A DNA stretch of 64,000 nt from Octopus vulgaris (taxonomy: Eukaryota): assembly GCA_951406725.2 (NCBI GenBank), contig OX597828.1:7130001-7194000 (forward strand), read 5' to 3'. Under the pieces are notes generated by a model. The model was given only the letters and a program-made list of their open reading frames with translations, was not told the origin of the DNA and did not search any database. The stretch's first letter is position 1; every line of letters starts with the position of its first letter. Positions 13,937 through 26,828 of the stretch are shown one piece after another. The translations under genes and the position numbers were made by a program.

Positions 13937-15600
13937 CTTTACTCTGATTGTGTAAGCTTGGCTTTGTGGGTCCTTTAGTAGACCCTAAATAACTGTACCC
14001 ATACCCGTTCGATTGTTTCTTTTCATGCTTCTAACATTTATTTGGTTGTTTGCCTTTTTTTCTCAATCGATTCTGGATAACCACTTTTTTCTTTCATGCA
14101 ATTTTCTCCTTATAATGTATAATTTGTCCATATGGCAAATAAAAATGTAATGAAAAGAACCATTATTCTTATTCGTAGCCTATCGCAGCAATCGTCTGAC
14201 CAGATAGGAACTTCAGCTCTTTCGCTTCTCGTGCAAATGGTAGGTTCTGCTGGTCAGGAGTTTCAACTGTTGAGCCATCTAACCAATGTCTACTGCGAGT
14301 AGGGTTCGGAATGCTGCGGTGGTCGATAATGCACACGCATGCGCTGAGGTTGCCATCGCTACATAGATTAAATGGGCAACGTCTACTTCGCCCCATCATC
14401 ACCATGGTGACCACCAGATGTGGTGGCATATTTGTGTGAACAGCAATTCTGAGTCAAGCGTAGACTGCAGCTGGGTGTGTGGATTTTGAAAGTTGTAGGG
14501 TTCTCACAGCACTCCACAAACTGTCTAATGTGGAAAGTCAGCTCCTGATTCTCTGGAGAATTACTGGTGATTGTGGCCGATGGGGTGATTCTGGATGTTG
14601 TTGGAGAGATCATTTAAATAGTTTCTTCTGGGCGTGGTAGAGGGTTCAAATCATGAGCTATGAATAATTTCCTAAAATCCTTTGTCTAGGTGCATCACGC
14701 AAGCGGCTTTGCATGTTTGGAACAAACACTACAGTTATGGCCATATTGGCGCTGCCAATAACCAAACCTGTCCATGATGCATGTTGGGTGACCAAGACCT
14801 CCAGTACGCACTCGTTCCATATCCGTACATTTATGGCAAATCTGCTGTTATTTATCGAGGTGAATAGAAAATGGAATGAGGTGACATGTCGGCCTGATTC
14901 GACAAGAGATTAAAAGATCGAGCAGAAGGATCAAAAGTGTGCATCTTTACTGATCAGATTCGACTAACATAATTTCAAACTCTGCTTTCTAGCTTATTGA
15001 AGAAGGGACGCGTTTAGAGCGGAAAGCCTGATATACCGTCACTGATGATTTGTCTGTAGAGATTACTGGGCGTTTACACGACGTAGGCACTCTTTGTTTG
15101 ACGTATTTCTCCACAGCTCGTCTCTTTGGCTGAATTGCAGCCTGGATTAAGCATCTGGAGAGCTGTCAGGTTTGCACAGTTCTGAAACAATCGGATAATG
15201 AACCCAGTAGACATCCACATTAACGTTCTTTAGACAACTAGGAGTAAAGAATATGGACAACTTCTCGGAGTTTCGACCAGAACCAAGTCGCCTTCATTTT
15301 TTGCATTTTTAAAAAATTTTTTCCTGGGAACTATTGAAAACTTCCAGAAATCATTGGACAGTCAGCACTATAGAGAGAATAGTGGGGCATTATCGGTCCA
15401 AGATGAGTTCTTTGAAAAGATGTGTTGTCTGCTGGATCATTCGGAGATGCGTGTAGGGCGACGAAACCGGAAGTGTTTCGTGCACGCATGTTTAGTGTCT
15501 GAACATTGAAAACTTTCAGTACTTTGTTAAACAACTGTTAATGCGTGCGAAACAGATCCTCCTACCAGCTGCATTAAATTTATATTTTTGTTTATTTATT

Positions 15601-15651
<51 letters not shown>

Positions 15652-15652
<1 letters not shown>

Positions 15653-15824
15653 GGCGTAGGAGTGGCTGTGTGGTAAGTAACTTGCTTACCAACCACATGG
15701 TCCCGGGTTCAGTCCCACTGCGTGGCACCTTGGGCAAGTGTTTTCTACTATAGCCTAGGGCCGACCAAAGCCTGTGAGTGGATTTGGCAGACGGAAACTG
15801 AAAGAAGCCCGTCGTATATATGTA

Positions 15825-15868
<44 letters not shown>

Positions 15869-16081
15869 TGTGTGTGTATATGTTTCTGTGTGTTTGTCTT
15901 CCCAACATCGCTTGACAACCGATGCTGGTGTGTTTACGTCCCTGTAACTTAGCGGTTCGGCAAAAGGGACCGTTAGAATAAGTACTACTAGGCTTACAAA
16001 GAATAAGTCCTGGGGTCGATTTGCTCGACTAAAGGCGGTGCTCCAGCATGGCCACAGTCAAATGACTGAAACAAGTAAAAG

Positions 16082-16085
<4 letters not shown>
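15652..16085 (+). mobile_element. SINE family A, full length, inserted in (TTA)n
   Basis: Complete head-to-tail copy with (TTA)n arrays on both sides. Confidence 0.92.
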
Positions 16086-16147
<62 letters not shown>

Positions 16148-16654
16148 TTATTTGGGGAGAACACCTACCACCTTCATTGAACTGGAATGACAAGCTGATA
16201 TTTTCTGTCTGGAAAGTATAACAATCACGTGCTGATAGACGGTTCCCTTTTTGACCAAGCTGTCATGGATATCTCCAAGTGTCACATGAAAAAGATAGGC
16301 TGAGTAAATGTGTTGACAGACGGATGAGTGGAGCAAGTGTGACCCGACTGGATGGTCCTAATTTCAGCATGCGCATGTAGGGCGGAAAAAATAATAGCAG
16401 AGTGGAGAGGGTTTGCTGTTGGTAGTAGGGAGAAGCTACGTTCAGTGCGGTTCCTATTGTTTCCATGTAACAGTCGTTTTCTCTGTGAAACTGTTACATA
16501 TTTGAGTATTGTGTTCAACATTTCCCCTTATTTATTTATTAATTCATTCATTCATTCATTTTCTTCCTTCTCTTTCATTCAATTTCATTATATAATCCTT
16601 CAATTTTTTGCTTCCTACAAATTTAATGTCGTTCTTGCTACAATGATAAACTAA

Positions 16655-17975
16655 GAACTGGCAGGCTCGTTAGAACACCGGAGAAAATACTTAATCCTTT
16701 CTACTATAAACACAAGGCCTGAAATTTGGAATAAAGGGGACTAGTCGATAACATCGACTCCAGTGTTTCACTGGTACTTAATTTATCGACCCCGAAAGGA
16801 TGAAAGGTAAAGTCGACCTAAGCAGAATTTGAACTCAGAATGTAGCAACGGGCGAAATACCGCTAAGCATTTCGTCCAACGTGCTAACGATTCTACCAGC
16901 TCGCTGCCTTTTGAAAATGCTTAATGGCGTCTTTACGTTCTGAGTTCAAAATGAGCCGTGGTCGACGTTGTTTTTCGTTCTTTCGTGGTTGATAAATCAA
17001 ATACCAGTTGAGCACTGGACTTGATGCAATCAACTACACCGACCCACAGAATTTCGAACCAGGTGCCTCTAGCAGAAAACATCATCATCAGCTGTTTATT
17101 AGTGGAGAGAATAGTTAGAACATTAAAATACATCTTAAATTGTTTCGTGGTATTTATCTCTACTCTTTACATTCAGAGTTCAAATATCACCGATGCCAAC
17201 ACTGCTTTCATCCTTCCGGAGTCTATAAATGAAGTAGCAACGGATCTTTTCGGTTTGAACGGCAGTCTTTTAAAATAATTTCCACGTAACTAAACACTTT
17301 TAAATTTCGTATACTGGTAGAATGTGTTTATAAAACATCTTTTTCTCTTGGCTTTATTGAGAAAATTCTATAGTTTGTAATATATTTGTTGGTTTTATTC
17401 TTCAATTTCTGCAATTTCAACCAATCAGTGACGTCTATTGAGGTAAAAAAACATTCTGGGCCGTATGAATATGTCCCACGTTTAAGAAACAGATTGGGTT
17501 TATTTACATTTCTGAAGAAAAAAAGATACCCTTCCCCCTAACCCTAACCCTAACTCTAACCCTAAAACAGATTGAAATGCAATAGATCGATACTAGGGTC
17601 ATAATTATGGGTGACAATTTCATATGACACCGCTAGAAAAAAACTGCCGTTCAAACCGAAAAGATCCCTGCTTTCATCCTTCCGGAGTCTATAAATGAAG
17701 TAGCAATCAAACACTGGGGGGCCAATGTTATCGACTTATCCCCGGTTTACAAAATTCTAGGACTTGGACCTTACTCGGAAATTAAAGGCAGAAGAGCTGG
17801 TGCGTTCGTTAGAGTATCGGAAAAAATGCCTTCCAGTCCTCGGTTATGATTTCAAATAACATTAGAGGGCAAATTTGCCTTTCATCCTTCCGGGGTGAAT
17901 AAAATAAAATACCAGTCATATACTGCTTCGACTTAATAGACTTTCCCTCCCCCCTCAAAACTGATCACATTGAAA
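16655..17975. mobile_element. Cluster of ~4-5 tRNA-derived SINE family B copies (both strands), one split by a MITE
   Basis: Shared motif GAGTTCAAATT..GTCGACTTTGCCTTTCATCCTTTCGGGGTCGATAAA..AAGTACCAG. Best copy 16693-16910 (-); others at 16910-17075, 17100-17780 and 17785-17975 (+). Confidence 0.8.
17242..17667 (-). mobile_element. MITE copy 2, flanked by a 39-bp direct duplication
   Basis: TIRs GGATCTTTTCGGTTTGAACGGCAGT intact at both ends. (CCCTAA)~5 at 17536-17565. Flanks 17202-17240 and 17668-17706 are identical. Confidence 0.93.
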
Positions 17976-18141
17976 AAAAGTGCAAAACAATTATTATTAT
18001 TATTATTATTATTAATATTATTATTTCATTTTTACTATTGTCATTACAATAACGATAACAGCATGAAATTCTTAAGTTATATCCGCACCTACATTATACT
18101 AATGTGCATATACATGTTTAAAGGACATGCACACATACACG

Positions 18142-18184
<43 letters not shown>

Positions 18185-18212
18185 GTGTGTGTGTGTGTGT
18201 GCAGGTATATAG

Positions 18213-18252
<40 letters not shown>

Positions 18253-18469
18253 ACATACATACATACATACATACATCCATATATATATCTGTGTGTGTGT
18301 GTATGTATCTGTATACACACTTATACATACAGACATACGCACATATATGTGTGTTAATAAATACATATGTCTGTGTGTGTATTTACGCGCGTGCATATAT
18401 ATTCAAGTATATTTGGGTGTTAGATTTCTGTGTACGCGTATACACGCACACACACACATATAGACGCAC

Positions 18470-18504
<35 letters not shown>

Positions 18505-19263
18505 TGTATGTATGTATGTATGTATGTATGTATGTATGTATGTATGTATGTATGTATGATATATTATATTATACATTCACAAGCACATGACCTGCTGTGT
18601 TTTTTAGGCTGGCGGTGGTTTACTTGGAAAGTTGTTTGGCTGCTATTTCTAACAGTCCATGCTAGAGGACTCGAGTTCCCTCTATGGATCCTTGCTATCC
18701 ATGCACTCCCGATGTCTACTTCTGTTGATAAGCAAATAGGACCATATTTTCACCTGAAGATTCATATGCCACACAACCTGTGCCTTGTGTATGTGGGGGG
18801 GGGGGGTCTGTACACGGATAGGCACTCATGTGTGTGCGTGTGTGTGTCTGTGTGTTAATGTGTTGGTGTTCTTGCGTTCAGTCTATTAGGAATTCTGTAT
18901 TATGGCATAGAAAACCCTAACGTTTAAAAAAATAAAATTCTAGTGTATACCCTTGGAATTTTGTATACGAAATGTGTGTGTGTATGTGTGTATATAATAT
19001 GCATATGCATATGCCCATATACCTATATGTATTTGCACATACACACGCTTTCGTATGTGTGTGTGTGTATATATATGTGTGTATATATATATATGTGTGT
19101 GTGTGTCTGTGTGTGTGTGTGTGTGTCTGTGTGTCTGTGTGTGTGTGTTTGCATGTGCGTGTGTTCACAGCCTCCACTCATAGACACGAGTTATGTTGTA
19201 AACAAAAATTTATCAATTTATACATCGATACGTAATATGATATTTACATATATAAACATGCCT

Positions 19264-19492
19264 ATACATACATATATACATACATACATACATACATACA
19301 TGCATACATACACACACACATACATACATACATACATACATACATACATACATACATACATACATACATACATGCATACATACATACATACATACATACA
19401 TACATGCATACATACATACATACATACATACATACATACATACATACATACATACATACATACATACATACATACATACATACATACATACA

Positions 19493-19524
<32 letters not shown>

Positions 19525-19574
19525 CATACATGCATACATGCATACATACATACATACATACATACATACATACA

Positions 19575-19604
<30 letters not shown>
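19264..19604. repeat. (TACA)n microsatellite
   Basis: About 340 nt TACA array with few variant units. Confidence 0.95.
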
Positions 19605-19605
<1 letters not shown>

Positions 19606-20078
19606 GATTCGGTTAAAATCCTTATAGAATGCAATGCAAAGCTCATCCGCATTTATCGGCTACCTGATGCTATCGTACAGTGGAAATGCTTCATGCACAT
19701 AGTGTGTATAAACATGTCTACGTATGTATCTAAAGACATTTGTTATGTTTAAAATTTCACTCTTCCCAGCTGCTGCTGATACTGGACCAATGACCTCAAG
19801 GATACTAGGTGCAAACCGATTAAGGAATCGAACGCAGCACCTTACAAACGTCACTCCAATACACAATATACGATGCACTTTGTGCATTAATGCATATATA
19901 TGTGTGTGTGTATATATATATGTATATCATCATCATCATCATCATCGTTTAGCGTCCGTTTTCCATGCTAGCATGGGTTGGACGGGCTAGCATGGGTTAT
20001 GCATGTGTATATATATATATATATACATATATACATGCAATGTGCGTGTGTGTGTATACATATATATATATATGTATG

Positions 20079-20130
<52 letters not shown>

Positions 20131-20134
<4 letters not shown>

Positions 20135-20190
20135 TGATTGATTGATTCTAGTTTCAGCTTATGAGCTGTGGCCATGCTGGGGCACCGCCA
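20131..20190 (-). mobile_element. Short retroposon 3' end related to the SINE A tail, with (AATC)n tail
   Basis: Minus strand reads TGGCGGTGCCCCAGCATGGCCACAGCTCATAAGCTGAAACTAG(AATC)4, flanked by TA repeats. Confidence 0.65.
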
Positions 20191-20363
20191 TATATACATA
20201 CACGCATGTGTGCATATTTGTAAATTTATTCACACACACATATGTATGTATGTGTATGCCTGAATGGATAAATATATGCATTCATACATAATTTCATACA
20301 TATACACACACAAACTTAAACACTTAAATGTAGTGTATGTATGTATGTATGTATGCATGTATA

Positions 20364-20416
<53 letters not shown>

Positions 20417-20981
20417 GTCCATTCATACTTACATGCATACATACATACATACATACATACACATATGTTCATGTATATAAATATATGTACTCGTGTATGC
20501 ACGTATGCGTATCGAAACACACTATACATAAACAACCATATATTTCTTTTTAAGACAATTCGATTGCTTTTTGTTTTTTTAAACGTATATTTTTGCAAAT
20601 GTATTTATTAGAGTTTTGGGTTTTACACCCCGGGTGGAGAGAGTGATGGGCCATGTAACATTTACAAGATGCGGAGCGGCACGAAAAATGGCACTAAATT
20701 TTATAGGTGGGGGCGTCTCTGTGTGGTTCCGGAAGTGGGGAGGTACAGGGTTTTCTACTATAACCTCGGGTGGACTAAAGTCTTGTGTTCGGGTTGAGTA
20801 AAGAGAAACGGATAGAAAACACACACACACATACATACATACAAACATACATACAAGCATACATACATACACACGCATACATACATGTATACATACATAC
20901 ATACATACATACATGTATACATGCATACATATACATACATACACACATATACATACATATATATACATATATATATATATT

Positions 20982-21012
<31 letters not shown>

Positions 21013-21366
21013 ACATGTGTGTGTATACATATATACATATGCATATATACATATATATATACAGATATACACACACGTGTGAGTGTGTGTGTTGTGTGTG
21101 TGCTCAAATCTTGTATATGTGTATACGCTCATGCATACACACACAACTCGGAAACACATGCATACATGTTGACAATCGATACTAGTTTGTTTACATCCCA
21201 TCTAGCGGTTCGGCAAAAACCTCGATAGAATAAGTACCATGCATTCGTTCGAGTAAGGGCGTCCACAATTACCACAGCCTATGATGGGAACTAGTCTAAA
21301 ATAAAAGATGAAGGATATTTACAAAATATACAAATAGAAAAATAGACAGGCAGACGGGTAGGTGGA

Positions 21367-21428
<62 letters not shown>

Positions 21429-21454
21429 GGTAGGTAGGTAGGTAGGTAGGTAGG

Positions 21455-21535
<81 letters not shown>

Positions 21536-21536
<1 letters not shown>

Positions 21537-21620
21537 TGTTTCTTTATTAGCCACACAGGGCCGCACACAGACGGGACAGATTACAAAGTAGAGCTTTTCT
21601 TTTGGTGGGGAGAGAAAAAG
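21536..21620 (-). mobile_element. Extremely 5'-truncated (~85 nt) copy of the Tx1-like LINE
   Basis: Matches the terminal 3' UTR of the other copies (TGTTTCTTTATTAGCCACACAGGGC..ATTACAAAGTAGAGCTTTTC). GATA repeats lie on both sides. Confidence 0.85.
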
Positions 21621-22008
21621 CTAGATAGATAGGTTACTATTTGGGATAGATCAAGGAGTGATTTATAGATAGGAAGAAAGTGGGAAGGGGCAGCATTAAG
21701 CCTTAACAGTACATAGAATCTGACTGAGTATCGCACTGGTAAATGGGAGTAAATGCGTGCACATGCTTGGTCTATGCATGTGTGTGTACGTGTGCGCGCA
21801 AGCAAGTGTACATATATATATATACATATAAACATACATATATACATGTATGTATGTATGTGAGTATGTATGCATGTATGTATGTATGTATGTATGTATG
21901 TATGTATGTATGCATGTATATATGTATGTATGCGTGTATGTATGTGTATGTATGTATTTTTGTATATATGCATACGTGTGTGTGTTTGTGTGTATATGTA
22001 TATTTATT

Positions 22009-22043
<35 letters not shown>

Positions 22044-22172
22044 GTATGTGTATGTACACACACACACATATAAATATATGTTTACTTAATCTAAATATAT
22101 ATTTGATGACCGGAAACTGAAAGAAGCCCCTCATATATATATATATACAAATATATATATACATATATATCC

Positions 22173-22264
<92 letters not shown>

Positions 22265-22275
22265 CACACATATAT

Positions 22276-22317
<42 letters not shown>

Positions 22318-23016
22318 GGCGGGCTTCTTTCAGTTTCCAGTCATCAAATCAACACTGCACGTGACTGGCGCTCTCTGTCTATCTATTTATCACTATATAT
22401 ATGTATGTAAAATTTGTATTGGTACTAGTACCGAGTGTCTCAAGGAACAAGAATTTCGTGTTTTAAGTTCAATTTACCTACACCTTTCATCAAACACTTA
22501 TATGTATGCGTGAATGCAAACATACACACATACATATATATGTATATAATTACATATATACATATATAAATATATGTATATATTATACTATGTGGCATTA
22601 TATTGTATTCTATTATACTATATTTGTATGTATATATGTATATCTACACATATATATATATGCGTATATATGACGGTTTACCATACATCTGCCAAATTCT
22701 CTTACAAGATGAAGTAAAAAAAGAAAAAAAAAACATTCTTAGTGGAAGTTCCGCGCAGCGTGATGGAACTTAAAACCACGTGGTTACAAAGCGGATTTCT
22801 TAACTGCACGGTCATTTTTGCGTCCAAAATTTACCTGATTGCAACGTGTAAACCAATACCAGTTAATTGAATTTCTAAGAGGGTACCCTTTTCTTTCTCT
22901 TTCAACCTCTCTTTCTTCCCCTCTCCCTCTCTGCCTCTCTCTATCTTTCTCTCACACTAGGATATATATCTATATGTGTACATACATACATGCATACATA
23001 CATACATATGTATATG

Positions 23017-23336
23017 TATCACCGTGACCGTATCACCGTGACCGACCAAGCTATCAGATGTTGCTACACATCGCTGGTCACAATGCACTTCTCATTATTT
23101 TAGCCTTCAAATGACGCCACCTCGCTGGCTAAGCGAGTAGGCCAGCAGAGGAAAGAGTGAGAGAAAGTTGTGGCGAAAGAGTACATCAGGGATCACCACC
23201 AACCCCTGAAGGAGTCTCGTGGAGCTTTAGGTGTTTTCGCTTAATAAACACTCACAACGCCCGGTCTGGGAATCGAAACCGCGATCCTACGACCGCGAGT
23301 CCGCTGCCCTAACCACTGGGCCATTGCGCCTCCACA
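23017..23336 (-). mobile_element. tRNA-derived SINE family C, tail type 2
   Basis: Head GGAGGCGCAATGGCCCAGTGGTTAGGGCAGCGGACTCGCGGTCG...GGTTTCGATTCCC with A and B boxes. Colinear with 54308-54617. Confidence 0.88.
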
Positions 23337-23683
23337 CACACACACACACATGTGTGTGTGTGTGTGTGTATAAAGGTAGCTAGATGCAATATGAAACCAA
23401 ATAGTAATTCAGTTGTCCCTTATGGTGACTGAGGGTGTACTGTAGCACCTACATTGCTAGAAATAAGAGTCAAACATCCCCATAGTCACAAACCTAGCAT
23501 ACGTCTGTATGTGGGTGGGTGTGTGTATACATATGTGTGTATTCGTGTCTGTGCGTATACATATATTCATATATATGTGTGTGTGTACGTGTGTATGCAT
23601 ATATTCATATATATATACATATACATACACACACACACTTTTTATGTCTATATATATATTATATGTATGAATTATATAAATAT

Positions 23684-23864
23684 ATTCTTTTATTGTTTTA
23701 TTTGTTTTCAGTCATTTGACTGCGGCCATGCTGGAGCACCGCCTTTAGTGGAACAAATCGACCCCAGGACTTATTCTTTGTAAGCTTAGTACATATTCTA
23801 TCGGTTCCTTTTGCCGAACCGCTAAGTTACGAGACTTAAACACACCAACAGGCACACAAACACA

Positions 23865-23897
<33 letters not shown>

Positions 23898-24067
23898 TTG
23901 CGACAGGCTTTTTTCAGTTTCTGTCGACCAAATCCACTTACAAGGCTTTGGTCGGCCCGAGGCTATAACAGAAGACACTTGCTCAAGGTGCCACAAAGTG
24001 GGACTGAACCCGCAACAACCATGTAGGTGGTAAGGAATCTACTTACCACAGAGCCATTCCTGCGCCT
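23684..24067 (-). mobile_element. SINE family A
   Basis: Head-to-tail match to family A with a small internal deletion. Confidence 0.88.
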
Positions 24068-24068
24068 G

Positions 24069-24114
<46 letters not shown>

Positions 24115-24313
24115 TGAATATGTATATATATGTATGTGTATATATATGTGCGTACATATGTACATATATATGTATATATATATATATATATGTATTTATA
24201 TATATATAAATATGTATATATATACATATATATACATTTATATGTACATATATATATATATATATATGTATTTATATATATATAAATATGTATATATATA
24301 CATATATATACAT

Positions 24314-24364
<51 letters not shown>

Positions 24365-25441
24365 CATACATACTATAAATAAGGCTAACTGAGAGACACC
24401 ACCATGCCGAAATAGCAGTCAAATCCCTGACTCTAAAGACCACCGTAAATGTTCATATCGCACCACTTGATAATATCAATATTTAAATATCGATATTATC
24501 CTTATTTATAAATTTATATACATACATACATATATACACATATATATATATATATTATATATATATATATATGCTCCAGTATGAGCACTGCCACATGGCT
24601 GAAACAAGCAAAAGAATATATATATATATATGTATCAAATATAAAAATGCAATGTTAAACACCCACGCGCACGCACACACATACACCCACTCACATGCGC
24701 AGGCATGCATTCACGTACACACTGTACACAGCTGATTTAAACGGGGCTATAAGGACTTAAGTTTAAGATAAAATAAAGGGGTTGTTTTCCAGCCTGTATT
24801 GTGTCTTTCTCTCCCCCTCTCTCTCTCACACACCTCCTCTGTCTCTCTCCTTCTTCCTCATTCTCTCTCTCATTCCTCCCCTCTTACTCCTTCTCTCACA
24901 ATTTCTCTGTATATATATATATATATCTGTGTGTGGGTGGGTGTACATATACACGTATTCGGATATATAAATGCACACACATATACATACAGGTATTAAA
25001 GTATGTGTACATATACGTTCGGTTATATACGCTTGGTTATATGTGTGTGTACGTACAATTCTATATGCTCACATACATATATAATTACATGCATACTGAT
25101 TTACACACATACGCACATGCATATACACAACGTGATTCCGGGTTCAATACCAGTCTGTGGTCCCTTGAGCAGGTGTCCCCTACAACAGCCTCGGGATGAC
25201 TAACGTCTTGTGCGTGTATGTATATAAACATATATACACACACATCGTGTCAGTATATATGTATACAATTATGTACTTTGAGTACAGAATTAGAACATGT
25301 TAGCTATTATTTCTAGCACTATAGGTGTTTCTAATACCCTAGTCACGTATAATGATAATTATAGATTTAGCTTTTGGTAAAACATAGCACACTGCTCTCT
25401 ATATTCATTCTCTCTTTCTCTCTCCCCCTCTCTCTCTCTCT

Positions 25442-25514
<73 letters not shown>

Positions 25515-25574
25515 CATACATACAGAGAGAGAGAGAGAGAGTGATAGATAGATGTGTATGTACATATACTTGGA

Positions 25575-25800
25575 TATGTGTCTTTGTGTTTGTGTGTTTT
25601 CCCCCCACCACCGCTTGACAACCGGTGTTGGTGTGTTTACCTCCCCGTAACTTTGCTGTTCGGCAAAACAAACCGATAAAATAAGTGCCAGGCTGTAAAA
25701 AGAGGACATACTGGTGTCGTTTCGTTCGGCTAAATTATTTGAAAAGTGGTGCACCAGCATGGCCGCAATCTTTTGACTGAATCACGTGAAAGATAAAGGG
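25575..25800 (+). mobile_element. SINE family A 3' half, diverged
   Basis: CCGCTTGACAACCGGTGTTGGTGTGTTTAC...GGTGCACCAGCATGGCCGCA. Confidence 0.7.
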
Positions 25801-25801
25801 G

Positions 25802-25833
<32 letters not shown>

Positions 25834-25845
25834 AGTAAATAGATG

Positions 25846-25877
<32 letters not shown>

Positions 25878-26096
25878 CATACATATATACGTACGTACAT
25901 ACATATTTACATACTTGAGTACATGTATGATAACTGAGCTGAGACAGTTAATCGCGACGCATGAACGTTGCAGCATTCGATATCTTTGTGCCGCACCCCA
26001 AGCATGTCTTCAACCAAATGTCTTGGGTTAACAAATATGTTGTAAGTAGAACTTGTCAGAGTAAAATTTGTGCAGAAACACATCACCTACCTACCT

Positions 26097-26443
26097 TGTG
26101 ACCCCCTTCGGTCATGAATGACCATGGGATTGCACCTAGAAAGTTGCCCTCCAAGGCACATGTCTGGGAAAGGTTGTTTATGGAAGACCAGCAGTCGCCC
26201 ATGCATACTGGCCTCCCCTCTCCACGCCACCGATGTTATCCAAGGAAGAGGCCAAGGCCGATACATCTTGGCACCAGTGACGTCGCAGCTCATTTATAAA
26301 TGTGCAAGTGGCTGAGCAATCCACAGACACGTGCACCCCTAACATAGATCTCGGGGAGATTCAGCATGACACAGAGTGTGACTAGGCTGTGTGACAGGTA
26401 CTACAGAAACAGGAAGAAAGAGTGAGAGAAAGTTGTGGTGAAA
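26097..26443 (-). mobile_element. Chimeric retroposon fragment: family C body joined to an unrelated tail
   Basis: 26300-26443 is the reverse complement of the family C segment at about 54020-54155. 26097-26295 is a different sequence not seen elsewhere in the window. Confidence 0.6.
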
Positions 26444-26483
26444 CCTACCTACATACATACAGACATACAGACAGACATACATA

Positions 26484-26699
26484 CGAGGTGGGTACTGAAA
26501 ATTCCTTGCTTTAAAGGTATCGCGAAGGCCTGGTTTGGGGCTCAAACTTCTGCGGTTTTTTACAGGGTTTAGAAAAACTGAAGGACCACTGCAATAACTG
26601 TGTGAATCTGAAAGGGGAATATGTTTAATAAAGTCATAATTGACTGATCCTCCTGTATTTTCTTTTACCCTAAGCCAGGAACTTTTCAGCACACCGCCC
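26484..26699. mobile_element. Mariner-derived MITE
   Basis: Imperfect TIRs CGAGGTGGGTACTGAAAATTCCTTGCTT / AAGCCAGGAACTTTTCAGCACACC, flanked by TA. Confidence 0.65.
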
Positions 26700-26828
26700 T
26701 ACATACAAACATAGCTGGCCATCTACCTTTCTAACCACCTATTTACCTACCCACCTACCTACTTACCAAGGTGCCTAACTGCATACTTAACTGTCTCTAT
26801 CTCTATCTATCTACCTATCTATCTATCT

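Noticed and set aside
24385-24425. CTGAGAG...CCGAAATAGCAGTC hammerhead-like motif
   Set aside because: The core does not fit CUGANGA and the helices do not pair convincingly; at most a decayed relic.
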